A stretch of DNA of 63,496 nucleotides, the filler included, from Octopus bimaculoides (lineage: Eukaryota): the NCBI RefSeq assembly GCF_001194135.2. It is 7 parts of 4 records of this genome, joined end to end, with 100 filler letters (N's around TTAATTAATTAA, not from the genome) between each part and the next. Parts side by side here need not be neighbours in the genome. Positions count along the whole stretch, not along the records: positions 34,928 to 47,055 come from NC_068985.1; positions 47,156 to 50,513 come from NC_068988.1; 5 more parts are not named here. One strand, written 5' to 3'. Shown in pieces: positions 37,916 to 49,714 of this stretch; position 1 is the first letter of the stretch, and the number at the start of each line of letters is the position of its first letter. Made by a program: the position numbers and the translations under genes. The notes beneath the pieces were generated by a model that had not been told where the DNA came from, did not search any database, and saw only the letters and a program-made list of their open reading frames with translations.

Positions 37916-39381
37916 ACAACCGTATCTTATTTAGTATAATATTACCCACAAATGCATTTCTATTCGGTTTTTGCCTTATGTTCCGTACGGTAATGTAGTA
38001 TAAGTTTTGTATTACTTTCAGTATATAAATGGTATTCTTTCTACTACAAGTTTGATTATCCGTCAGAAAGATCAGATACTTGTGAACGAGGGGAGTTCAA
38101 TCTGTAGTTTGAAGTTTATTGAATTTTTCTTCAGCTGATTTGCTAATATCTTCCTTTACTTTTTGGTTAAGTGTAATAAATCTATTTTACGATCCTATAA
38201 CGAAGTATTCAAAGTATGTACTTTGTTCAGATAGTTTTACTCTGATATTACTTTTACAAGAAGTAATAAGTTTTGTATCTCTGAAAGTTGATGGTGCGTG
38301 ACCAAGTAGTTAAGGTGTTGCACTCATGTACACAACATCATGGCTTTTCATTTCCGAATCGTGAGATGCGTTGTATTCTTCAGCAAAACACTTCATTTAA
38401 CGTTGCTCGATTTCACTAAACTGTAAACGAGTAACACTGCGACAGACTACTGTGCCGTTCACGGGAAATGCTATGATCTCGACCAAGAAATGCACCATAG
38501 AAAACGGGATCACCGGCCCAATTTTCCAGAACTCAGAAAATTATTTACTTATCTATAAGTGGTTGAGTTTTTGTTCTTGTACCGTTCTAAGTCTTGCTCT
38601 GTTGAGTATTTTTATAGATATCAGTTTGGTTAAAGTGGACATAATCAGTCTTAAATTATGTTTGTTCCTTAGTTTTGGTATTTTCTCTATGGCTCCCTGG
38701 CATTCGAAACAGCTTCAAAAGCCAGATTCGGAGAAAGCTTTAATGCTACAGTAAAGTTTTTAATAATTACGTAATACTATTATAACGACCACATGTTCAG
38801 GTTTTATCTAATTAATGTTTAATGCTGTCTTAATATATTTGCATATACGCTATTACTTATACTGAAAGACACAGACAAAAGGAGAGAGACAGAGCGAGTG
38901 AGTGAGAGAGAGAGAGAGAGAGAGAGAGTGAGTGAGTGAGTGAGTAAAAAAGAGATGCATATATTTTTATACACAAACACAAATGACAGTACAAAGGCAG
39001 ACATTGTGTGTGAGTGTGAAAGTGTGTGCGTATGCATGTATGTATGTATTTATGTATATATGTATGTATGTATGTATTCATTTAGTTATGTATGTATGTA
39101 TATATTTATATATGCATGTATGTAGTATTTATGTATGTATTTTTATTAAGTTAATTCGTATCATGTTGCTGAAGTAGCTTCAAGCTTTCACCAGCTGTGG
39201 AGCTTATTCAAACTGACAGATTAAATAAGCCAGCACGGGTGAAGTTTCGAAGTCACTGTTATCGATGTTCATAAATATACACACACAAACAAACACATAG
39301 ATGCATATAAATGTATAAATATATGCATGCTTGCATACATGCATGTATGTGTGTGTATATGTATATATGTGTTTGTGTGTG

Positions 39382-39448
<67 letters not shown>

Positions 39449-39558
39449 CACATTTTGCACATCAACGTATTCGCCTAACGGGTATATATTACTCGAAATC
39501 TGTGATAAATACATACATAAATGTTCAGACACATACGCACACACACACGCACAGGCAC

Positions 39559-39620
<62 letters not shown>

Positions 39621-39674
39621 ACATATATAATTATATTAATGCATTTAAATTAATTTAGTTTAAATTATATATTT

Positions 39675-39714
<40 letters not shown>

Positions 39715-40258
39715 TGGATATATGCACATATGTATATGTATACATATAAATATATATACTTGTATGTATATATAAATATCTATTCATATATAAATACATA
39801 TATACATGCCTGTATATACATATATGTATGTATGTATATATGCATATACATTCATGCGTACATATAGAGAGATAAATACATACGTGCATAGATACATGCG
39901 TACGCACATGGGAGTGTACATTGAGACATAATTAAGAACTTCAAAAAATGCAGACGTTAACGGTCTAGTTAAGGCGACAGACGTAACTCTAATCTGACTA
40001 TATAATTAAGAAACATAATTTGATAAGAACCGACATCTTATTGGTTTGTTTGTTTTTAATCAACGGTTTAAAACATATATGCTGATACCTGCATAGACAA
40101 ATACAGGAATACACACTTATATTGATGCATATATACGCTCATATATACATCCATACATACATACCTACACACACATAGAACATATGTGTAGGAATGTCTA
40201 CTACGAATATGCGTGCGTTTGTGTTTGTTTGTGTGTGTGTGTGTTTGTGTGTTTATAC

Positions 40259-40320
<62 letters not shown>

Positions 40321-40982
40321 NNNNNNNNNNNNNNNNNNNNNNNNNNNNNNNNNNNNNNNNNNNNNNNNNNNNNNNNNNNNNNNNNNNNNNNNNNNNNNNN
40401 NNNNNNNNNNNNNNNNNNNNNNNNNNNNNNNNNNNNNNNNNNNNNNNNNNNNNNNNNNNNNNNNNNNNNNNNNNNNNNNNNNNNNNNNNNNNNNNNNNNN
40501 NNNNNNNNNNNNNNNNNNNNNNNNNNNNNNNNNNNNNNNNNNNNNNNNNNNNNNNNNNNNNNNNNNNNNNNNNNNNNNNNNNNNNNNNNNNNNNNNNNNN
40601 NNNNNNNNNNNNNNNNNNNNNNNNNNNNNNNNNNNNNNNNNNNNNNNNNNNNNNNNNNNNNNNNNNNNNNNNNNNNNNNNNNNNNNNNNNNNNNNNNNNN
40701 NNNNNNNNNNNNNNNNNNNNNNNNNNNNNNNNNNNNNNNNNNNNNNNNNNNNNNNNNNNNNNNNNNNNNNNNNNNNNNNNNNNNNNNNNNNNNNNNNNNN
40801 NNNNNNNNNNNNNNNNNNNNNNNNNNNNNNNNNNNNNNNNNNNNNNNNNNNNNNNNNNNNNNNNNNNNNNNNNNNNNNNNNNNNNNNNNNNNNNNNNNNN
40901 NNNNNNNNNNNNNNNNNNNNNNNNNNNNNNNNNNNNNNNNNNNNNNNNNNNNNNNNNNNNNNNNNNNNNNNNNNNNNNNNNN

Positions 40983-41025
<43 letters not shown>

Positions 41026-41271
41026 TATATTCACTTATTTTTTTATCGGAGTTTCTCTATACACCCTGTAGAAAGAAAATTTCATTTATAACAATAAAAA
41101 ATAACGCTGCTTTTTTGAAATTCGTTTATTCTTTACAATAAAAACTTTCGCACAAAACCAAAGTAAATTCTTGAACATGTATATTGTTCTACAAACGAAC
41201 TCTAATTACAGATTACGCCTGTAAGTTAACTGCGCATCTAAGTTTTCTTTTTATTTGTTTAATTATTGATT

Positions 41272-41660
41272 CGGCGCAGGTTTGTCTGTATGGTTAAAAC
41301 ATTTTCCAAACACATAGTTTCGGTTTCTGTCCCACTGAGTGTGCCTTGGGCAAGGTCTTCTACTATAGCTCCGAGTAACCAATGCTATTGTGAGTGGATT
41401 TAGTAGTTGATAAATGTGCAGGATCCCGTCATGATTATGTGTGTGTGTCTGTGTATAAGTGTGTATGTGCATTTGTTTCTGTGGTCGTTTTGTACGCCAC
41501 CGTCGACTGTTTAATCGTGTTGGTTTGTCCTATACTTGCTAAAAAAGACCGATAGAATAGAACAAGCACCAGACTCTAATGAATAAATTCTCGTGTCGAT
41601 TTGACTAAATTCTTCAAGGCGGTACTCCAGCATGGTCGCAGTCCTGTGACTGAATGTAAT
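41272..41660 (+). mobile_element. SINE family 1, diverged full-length copy
   Basis: Head GGCGCAGG..CCTTGGGCAAGGTCTTCTACTATAGC; tail CCAGCATGGTCGCAGTCC.GTGACTGAA. Confidence 0.8.
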
Positions 41661-41927
41661 ATATAGGTATAAGTAGTGTAACTTTACTTTCTATAATACA
41701 CACGGTAAATGTTCGCATTCGAAATGCTTTTTATTTTAATTATATTTCTATTTTAAAACCAATCCGATGCTCAACCGATTCCTCTTAACGGAGAGTTCTG
41801 TTTTTACATATTCAGTAATTAACATTCAGTTACTTTAATTTGTGATTAGTAAAAATTTAAACGATATTATTACTCCAATGCTTAATTACCGCCATATATG
41901 TGTACGTGTGGAAAAACATATAGAACT

Positions 41928-42045
41928 TCCTTTCGGGGGTCGATCAAATAAGTACAAGTTACGCACTGGGGGGGGCGGTATAATCGACTTAATGTCCTTG
42001 TTTGTCCTCTTTGTGTGTAGCCCCTTGTGGGTAGTAAAGAAATAA
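41928..42045 (+). mobile_element. SINE family 2, 3' fragment with the second tail type (..GCCCCTTGTGGG..TAAAGAAATA)
   Basis: Matches the tails at 35682, 37631 and 51830. Confidence 0.8.
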
Positions 42046-42487
42046 TACATATATATATGTACGTATGTATGTATGTATGTATGTATGTATGTGTCTATGC
42101 ACGGGATTCGTATATTTATAATAGCGACGAATATAAAAGCTGATGAATACAGTGAATGATCGTGGATGTTGTATCCTTTGTGATTGTGATCATGTAAATA
42201 TCACACATCAACCAACAAATACAAACAAATAAGCTAACAAACAAAATGGCGGAGTTTCCGTTTCCGGTTTCATATTGCGTTCTCTTTTCTCTACACACTC
42301 ATGTTCAGAAAACTGAGATTTTCATCGTAGGAAGGAAATATTGAATAAGCTTTGGATAATAGACATGGTCTTTCAGACAGTTTTCTATTTCTGTTTTTAA
42401 AATGTGTGAAGTAAACATGACTCCTATAAATGAAACGCTATAACTAATTTTGCCTGAACTGTTTCATCGCACTCTCGCAGGTTCATT

Positions 42488-42522
<35 letters not shown>

Positions 42523-42538
42523 CATACCTATATATCAT

Positions 42539-42584
<46 letters not shown>

Positions 42585-42940
42585 GTGTGCTTTACTCGCT
42601 CGCCATCTCCCTCTGCCTCTACCTCTCTCTCACTCTCTTCCTCTCTCTTACTATTTCTCTCGCTCTCTCTCTCTATCTCTCTCTCTCTGGACATGTATAT
42701 ACCTACATTCATATACATATATATATATATATACATCTTTATCTATATGTGAGTGTGGGCGGTAGATGTATATACATTTGTATATCGCGTGTATGCGTAG
42801 TGTATGTGTAAGCATATCTATTCATTATTATATGTATATGTATGCATGTACGTACGCATGTACGTACGCATGTACGTACGCATGTACGTACTAATGTATG
42901 TATGCAATCATGTATATATGTATGCATGTACGTACGTATG

Positions 42941-44700
42941 TCATTGTTCAGTTTTATTTCAAGATTTCCTACCGATAGAGAAAGAGCCAGTTTCTAACCT
43001 AGATGCAAGTCTTCTTCACTGGAATTTCAACATCAGCAACAGGGTAATCTAGCTAACTGGATCCGAATCCACCAAGGGAAGGTACGTCGGAAGAAAGTAA
43101 TTTAACAACGCGGGTTGATGAACTGTAAGACGTGTGGCCAGAACCTCCTGGAAAATAACCATAGCGAGGGACATTCCACAGTTGAATAAAAACAGTCACA
43201 AACAGTGAAAGAAGACATGCACCCAACACCAGAGCTGAAGACACCTGCGAAAGGGGGTGGCCCCGCCACGTCAAAACGGTAGAGGAGTAGGGGCCGAAAC
43301 CGGACGTGGTTCCTTCTGATGATGTCTTGAGCTAACTGGATCCTATAAAGGAGCTGTTGTGGTAGCAGACCACGAAACATGGTTGAAATTCCTTCCTATG
43401 TATGTATGTGAGCAGATTTGTATGTTTTGTTTTATGTGTGTATTCTCATGCATATAGTTGCATAACTAAACATGTTCATATATATTTAAATGATAACCTT
43501 CTGGAAAGTTTTACTGATTTTTACAGTTCTAATGTTGGATTGAATCTGTATACTTCGGATAAGCTTTTTCCCTTCTGAGTTTGATTCTCAAGGTTGGTAT
43601 TTTGGCAATGTGGTCATATCTCAGGGCCCCAATAATTACAGGTTTTAACCTGAACTTGTAATCTGGATAGAGTAACTGCAGATTTCTCAATAGTTCAGCA
43701 TAGGTGTTCTCCTTTTCACTGATCTTCAGCTTTATTTTAACATCCACTAGGCAGCTAATTTCCACTATTGTGCATAGTTTCTCTTCTTTATCCCAAACCA
43801 TTACATCAGGTCTTTTGTACTTAAATTTTATTGAGACCTTCACTGGGACATTCCACCAATACTCCTTTGTATTATGGGTGGCTATGGCGTCTTATTTCTT
43901 TGTCCTCAGGGTTATCCTTCCGACTGATTACATTATAGAGTGTCCTAGCTATAACATCATGTCTCATAGGTAGATAATACCGTGATGATATTCTCGGACA
44001 ACTGCCTATGAAGTGAGTGATACTTTCGGTGTTAACTCCGCAAAGTCTGCATCGGTTGCCACATTTTGTTGCTTTTCCTGCATCTCTATCCCTTTTGTGC
44101 ATCAGGGATTTGGTTGATATTTCCTGTTACTGGATTAGAAATGCATATCCTTCGAAGCGGGAGGAAGTCATACTGGTATTGGTCCATTATAGACTGCTTT
44201 GATGATCAGTGTTATTATAATCTCGGATCTTTCTACGAATGTATCTTTGCAGAGTCTTCTGCTCATATAGTCCATCCTTTCTTATCAGACAAGTAATGTT
44301 GCTCAAGGAGTTGCCTTCCAAGTCAAGGGATGCACTTCGATACCTGGTGGTTAACAGATGTTGCCGAAAGGATACGATACGATATTGAAAGGCATTTTGG
44401 ATCGATGTTAAGCCTCCGCCGCCATGTTTTTGCTTTAGCTAGTGGCAGTCTATGTCACTGTTTATGCGGAAATTATGTGTGCTTGTTAGTATTTTTCGGG
44501 TTTTTACAGCAATGGCTCGAATCTCATCAAGCGTCCAATCAAACAGTCCAAATGTTCATATGAGTACTGGTATTGCAAACACATTGTGGGCCACTGTTTT
44601 ATTGAATGCAGAGAGTTCTGAGGTCCAAATGTTTTTTGTTTGACTGTAATATTCTTTAGTGACAAACATACATGCACATTTAGGTTAATATTTATAGCTT
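42941..44700 (-). mobile_element. RLE LINE family B, 5'-truncated: end of RT, CCHC zinc knuckle, RLE endonuclease, long 3' UTR; (CATA)n-derived tail at 42830-42940
   Basis: WTSELSAFNKTVAHNVFAIPVL, CRLCGVNTESITHFIGSC (C-x2-C-x8-H-x4-C), RHDVIARTL, KRPDVMVWDKEEKLCTIVEISC..KENTYAELL..PVIIGAL; ends QIQSNIRTVKISKTFQK. Confidence 0.9.
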
Positions 44701-45301
44701 TTTTAATAATTAATATACCAATGTACATTCCACTTCAACATCCATAGAATAACAAAATATACATATATAAGCTATCAAATAGATGCATGAAAGGATTATG
44801 AAATCATATTTCATGACTTGCATACATACATACATAAATATATACACACACATAATATATATATATATANNNNNNNNNNNNNNNNNNNNNNNNNNNNNNN
44901 NNNNNNNNNNNNNNNNNNNNNNNNNNNNNNNNNNNNNNNNNNNNNNNNNNNNNNNNNNNNNNNNNNNNNNNNNNNNNNNNNNNNNNNNNNNNNNNNNNNN
45001 NNNNNNNNNNNNNNNNNNNNNNNNNNNNNNNNNNNNNNNNNNNNNNNNNNNNNNNNNNNNNNNNNNNNNNNNNNNNNNNNNNNNNNNNNNNNNNNNNNNN
45101 NNNNNNNNNNNNNNNNNNNNNNNNNNNNNNNNNNNNNNNNNNNNNNNNNNNNNNNNNNNNNNNNNNNNNNNNNNNNNNNNNNNNNNNNNNNNNNNNNNNN
45201 NNNNNNNNNNNNNNNNNNNNNNNNNNNNNNNNNNNNNNNNNNNNNNNNNNNNNNNNNNNNNNNNNNNNNNNNNNNNNNNNNNNNNNNNNNNNNNNNNNNN
45301 N

Positions 45302-46064
45302 TTCTCCAATGGATGGCGATATTTATGGCACACACAGAACAAAAAACAGAAGAGAAAAGCAAAAACAAACCTGCCTTTAGTTAATTGGATACGACGTTTC
45401 ACGGTTAAGAGTATGAAGCTCCTCTATTCCGACTCTTCAGCCCAATGTTCTGATAAATTTGAAAGTGTCTCTCAAACAATTCACGGTAATTTTTGGCCAT
45501 GCGACACCAAAAACCAACGTGGGGAAAGGCACTCACGAATTCATCGGCCAGTGAGTTCAAACACTTCACCCCAAAGAAATTCTATTCCATGTGCGTCACA
45601 AATAGTCCCATATGAAAAAAAGTCCCGTATGAAGGGATTACGGTTTAACCATCCAACTTAGAGGCATCAAATATAAAATATACATAAATAAGGGCAGGGA
45701 ATCGTCAATTAGTAATAGAATTAATATTTGATGATTATAAATGGTTTTACCGATAAAGGACTATTTGTGACGCACATGGAATAGATTTCTTTGGGGTGAA
45801 GTGTTTTAACTCACTAGCCGATGAATTCGTGAGTGACTTTCCCCACGTTGGTTTTTTGTGTCGCATGGCCAAAAATTACCGTGAATTTTTTTAGAGACAC
45901 TTTCAAATTTATCAGAATATTGGGCTGAAGAGTCGGAAGAGAGTAGCTTCATACTCTTAACCGTGAAACGTCGTATCCAATTAACTAGAGGCAGGTTTGT
46001 TTTTGCTTTTCCCTTCTGTTTTTTTGTTCTATGTGTGCCACAAATATCGCCATCCATTAGAGAA
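45302..46064. mobile_element. Foldback/MITE-like element with ~307-bp inverted arms and a 149-bp spacer
   Basis: 45302-45608 is the reverse complement of 45758-46064, with about 15 differences by manual alignment; the left end is cut by a gap. Confidence 0.9.
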
Positions 46065-46139
46065 AAATTTGTAGTTTGGAATCAGTAGTTCTTTGACTGC
46101 TATTNNNNNNNNNNTATATATATATATATATATATAAAT

Positions 46140-46552
46140 ATATTATTATTATTATTATATAATATAATATAATATAATATAATATAATATAAGGTAATAT
46201 AATAAAAATAGAGATGTGTGTATTCGTTTTTCACGCGAAAACGGCTTCACCAATTGCTTTCATGCTTGTGATGCATGAATGATTTGACCTCGGACATAGA
46301 TTAGGCTCTTCATTTGATGGTTTTAGTAAAAAAAAAATTTTTAATATTGTTTTCTATATTACATTCACGTCTTTGAAAGTTATTTTTATAAAATATTTAC
46401 TTCCGGTTTTCTAGTGTCAATGACCTAACAATTACACGTAAATAACGGAACGTTTAAATTTTTAGGAACTACCGTTTTTATGTGTTTCTTCAAAGGATTT
46501 CTGTTACTAAAGCAAGAAAGTGGCCTGGAGAGATACCTGCACTGTACTACTA
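46140..46552 (+). mobile_element. Possible non-autonomous Helitron/HINE-like element
   Basis: Starts in (ATAAT)n, has GATGTGTGTATTC..CACGCGAAAACGGCTTCACCAATTG (like a DINE core) and ends ..ACTACTAG (CTAG terminus). Confidence 0.3.
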
Positions 46553-46633
46553 GCAGTTAAGACCTTCGCACTCGAGACAGCGTTTTAAAATTTCATTATT
46601 TCCATTAAACCATATACTGTACACACACACTCA

Positions 46634-46669
<36 letters not shown>

Positions 46670-46673
<4 letters not shown>

Positions 46674-46925
46674 AAACTGAAAGAAGCCCGCCGTATGTGT
46701 GCATATACATATGTATGTTTGTGTGTCTGTGTTTGTCCCTCCACTATCGCTTGACAACCGATGCTTGTGTGTTTACGTCCACGTAACATAGTGGCTCGGC
46801 AAAAGATACGGACAGAATAAGTACTAGGCTTACAAAGTCCTGAGATCGATTTCCTCGACTAAAGGCGGTGCTCCAGTATGGCTACAGCCAAATGACTGAA
46901 ATAAGTAAAAGAGCAAAAGAGAAAG
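46670..46925 (+). mobile_element. SINE family 1, 3' half
   Basis: GAAACTGAAAGAAGCCCG..ATCGCTTGACAACCGATGC..AAATGACTGAAATAAGTAAAAGA. Confidence 0.9.
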
Positions 46926-46995
46926 AGAGAGAGAACATGTGTTAATACATAGGTTGTGTATCATGCCCACATATAGAAATATGCACGTATATATG

Positions 46996-47055
<60 letters not shown>

Positions 47056-47318
47056 NNNNNNNNNNNNNNNNNNNNNNNNNNNNNNNNNNNNNNNNNNNNT
47101 TAATTAATTAANNNNNNNNNNNNNNNNNNNNNNNNNNNNNNNNNNNNNNNNNNNNGAGGCCCGACATTCCGAGTTCTTTTACAGGACTCAGAAAAAACTG
47201 ATGGACTTCTGCAATAAGTGTATGAATCTGAGAGGGAAATATATTGAAAAAAATCACAACTAACAGATCCTTCTGTATTTTCTTTTACCCAAAGCCAGGA
47301 ACTTTTCAGCAAACCCTC

Positions 47319-47349
<31 letters not shown>

Positions 47350-47351
<2 letters not shown>

Positions 47352-47790
47352 CTTTTATTCCTTTTCTTGCTTCCGTCATTTGACTGCGGCCATGCTGGAG
47401 CACTGCCTTTAGTCAAACAAATCTATCTCAGGACTTATTCTTTGTAAGCCTAGTACTTATTCTATCGGTCGCTTTTGTAGAACCTCTAATTTACGGGGAC
47501 GTAAACTCACCAACATCGGTTGTCAAGCGATGATGGGGGGACAAACACAGACTCACAAATACATACATACATACATGCATCATATATAGATACATACGTA
47601 AATGCATAATACATACATATATATATATATATACAACAGGCTTCTTTCAGTTTCCGTCTACGAAATCCACCCACAAGGCTTTGGTTGGCTTGAGGCTAAA
47701 GCAGAAGACACTTGCCCAAGGTGCTACGCAGTGGGACTGAACCCGGAATCATGTAGTTGGGAAGCAAGTTTCTTACCACACAGCCGCTCC
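47350..47790 (-). mobile_element. SINE family 1, full length
   Basis: Same architecture as 17512-17933. Confidence 0.9.
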
Positions 47791-47814
47791 ATATGTATGT
47801 ATTTGTGTACACCC

Positions 47815-47857
<43 letters not shown>

Positions 47858-48119
47858 GTATATATATATATATATCTAACAAAGCAGCTTTTGTTTCGTG
47901 AAGGTGCGGCTTTGGTGGTTAGGGTGTTGCGCTTATGATCGTACGTTTGTGGTTTCAGTTCCTCATTCGGTAAGTGAGCTGTTTCCTAAAGCAAAGCACT
48001 TCAATTCACGATGCCCTAGTTTACTTAACTGGCACTTATGAGTAATCCTGCGTCATGTTCAAGAAAGAAATATATGTAGGTCGCAGAAAACGGGAAATCG
48101 GCCTTCTGTAGAACCTTGT

Positions 48120-48515
48120 TCGCTTCTGTTCTTTCATTGTTTTTGTTTTGTCTGTCTATTGCACCATACTGAAGCACCGCCTTGAAGTGTTTTAGTCGAA
48201 GAAACCGTCTCCAGGACTTATTTTTTCAGGCCTAGAACTTATTCTATTAGTCTCTTTGCCGAACCGCTAAGCTACAGGTATCTAAACACATCAACACCGG
48301 TTGTCAAGCAGTGGTGGAGGGACAAACACAAAAAAACTTACACACACACACACACAAATGGTGGGCTTCTTTCAGTTTCCGTCTACCAAATCCACACACA
48401 AAGCTTTGGTCGGCCCGGGGCTATATAGCAGAAGACACCTACCTAAGGCAACACGCAGTAGGACTGAAACCGAAACGATATGGTTGAGAAGCAAGCTTCT
48501 TACCACACAGCCATG
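48120..48515 (-). mobile_element. SINE family 1, full length
   Basis: Same architecture. Confidence 0.85.
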
Positions 48516-48729
48516 TCTAGGATAGCCAAGTAAAATTTGTAGTGCATTCTCTATCATCGTTGATTTCATTTCAATTCTAACTCTTCTGGTATAAATTATA
48601 TGTCCCAGAATCAAAAGACCGCCATAAAGAATCAAACATTCTAATCGAGCGTTTGCGATTAAGTTCTTTATAGAATTAAAGAAGTCGAAAATGTACGACA
48701 GAACTTTATATTTATTTTGTAAAAGAAGC

Positions 48730-49080
48730 ACAGGCACGGCTGTATGGTTAAACACGCTCGCTTTGTAACGAGGTGGATTCAGGTTCAGTTCTACTATGCA
48801 GCACCTTGGGTAAATGTCATCTAATAATATCATATTATTATTCCTGGCCGACTAATGCCTTTTGTAAGGGAATTTGGTGGGCGGAAACTGTCTGAGAGTC
48901 CGTCGCACGTGTCATCCACTATAGCCCCGGGCCGACCAAAGACTTGTGAGTGGATTTGGTTGATGGAAACTGAAAGTAGCCTGTCGTATATATGTGTATG
49001 TATAAAGGAGCCTGTCGTATATATACATATATATGTGCGTGTGTATGTGTGTGTGCGTGTGTGTGTGTGTGTGCCTGTGC
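48730..49080 (+). mobile_element. SINE family 1, rearranged copy with partly duplicated body
   Basis: Head GGCACGGCTGTATGG..GGTTCAGTTCTAC. The body segment (..CTTGT.AG.G.ATTTGGT.G..GGAAACTG..) occurs twice, near 48850-48900 and 48920-48990. Confidence 0.7.
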
Positions 49081-49085
49081 TTTCA

Positions 49086-49474
49086 TTATAGTGTCCTAGC
49101 TACAACGTCATGTCTCATCGGTAGATAATACTGTGATGACATTTTCAGACAACTACTTATGATGTGGGTGATATCTTCAGTGTGAACTCCACAAAGTCTG
49201 CATCGGTTGTCACATTTTACTGCTTCTCCTGCATCTCTGTCTCTTTTACGCATCAGGCACTTGGTTGATATCTCCTGTTCCTGGATTGCAAACACATGCC
49301 CTTCAGAGTGGGAGGTAGTAATCCGGCAATTGGTCCATGATAAACTGCTTTGATGATCGATGTTACTATCATCAGGTAACTTTTTACTAACATAACCATG
49401 CATACCTTCTGCTCATATAGAGTCATTCTTTCATCTAATGATACGTTGCGGTAGAGTCGTGCGACTTCTTTGGG
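49086..49474 (-). mobile_element. RLE LINE family B, internal fragment (zinc-knuckle region)
   Basis: MHGYVSKKL..EGHVFAIQEQEISTK..CRLCGVHTEDITHIISSC..RHDVVARTL; clearly homologous to 43940-44330. Confidence 0.9.
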
Positions 49475-49519
49475 CATGCATGTATGTACGTATGTATGTA
49501 TGTATGTATGTATGTATGT

Positions 49520-49714
49520 CTCTTATAGTTTTTAGTTATTATAAAACTTCCACTGGAGAGGCAGGCGGTTTCCAACAAAGATACAAGGTTCCATCTTTAG
49601 GATGTAGTTAACACAGACAAATTCACATTTAGAACTTGAGAAAAGTTTTGCATATTTTTACTGTTCCACTCACAGAATCTGCACAGAGTCTGAGTGGAAC
49701 AGTAAAAATATGCA
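49520..49714 (-). mobile_element. Short 3' end of a family-B-related RLE LINE with an inverted duplication at its 5' junction
   Basis: Minus strand 49679-49629 reads DSVSGTVKICKTFLKF*, homologous to the end of the 42941 copy. The UTR end TTGTATCTTTGTTGGAAACCGCC..GGAAG resembles TTGCATCTAGGTTAGAAACTGG..GGAAA; the tail is (CATA)n at 49475-49519. Confidence 0.7.

Noticed and set aside
40184-41141. ORFs of about 300 aa; also 44710-45661, 52462-54157 and 30890-31494
   Set aside because: They are long only because they span N gaps.
45806-46057. 83-aa ORF in the foldback arm
   Set aside because: No transposase motif; it mirrors the opposite arm.
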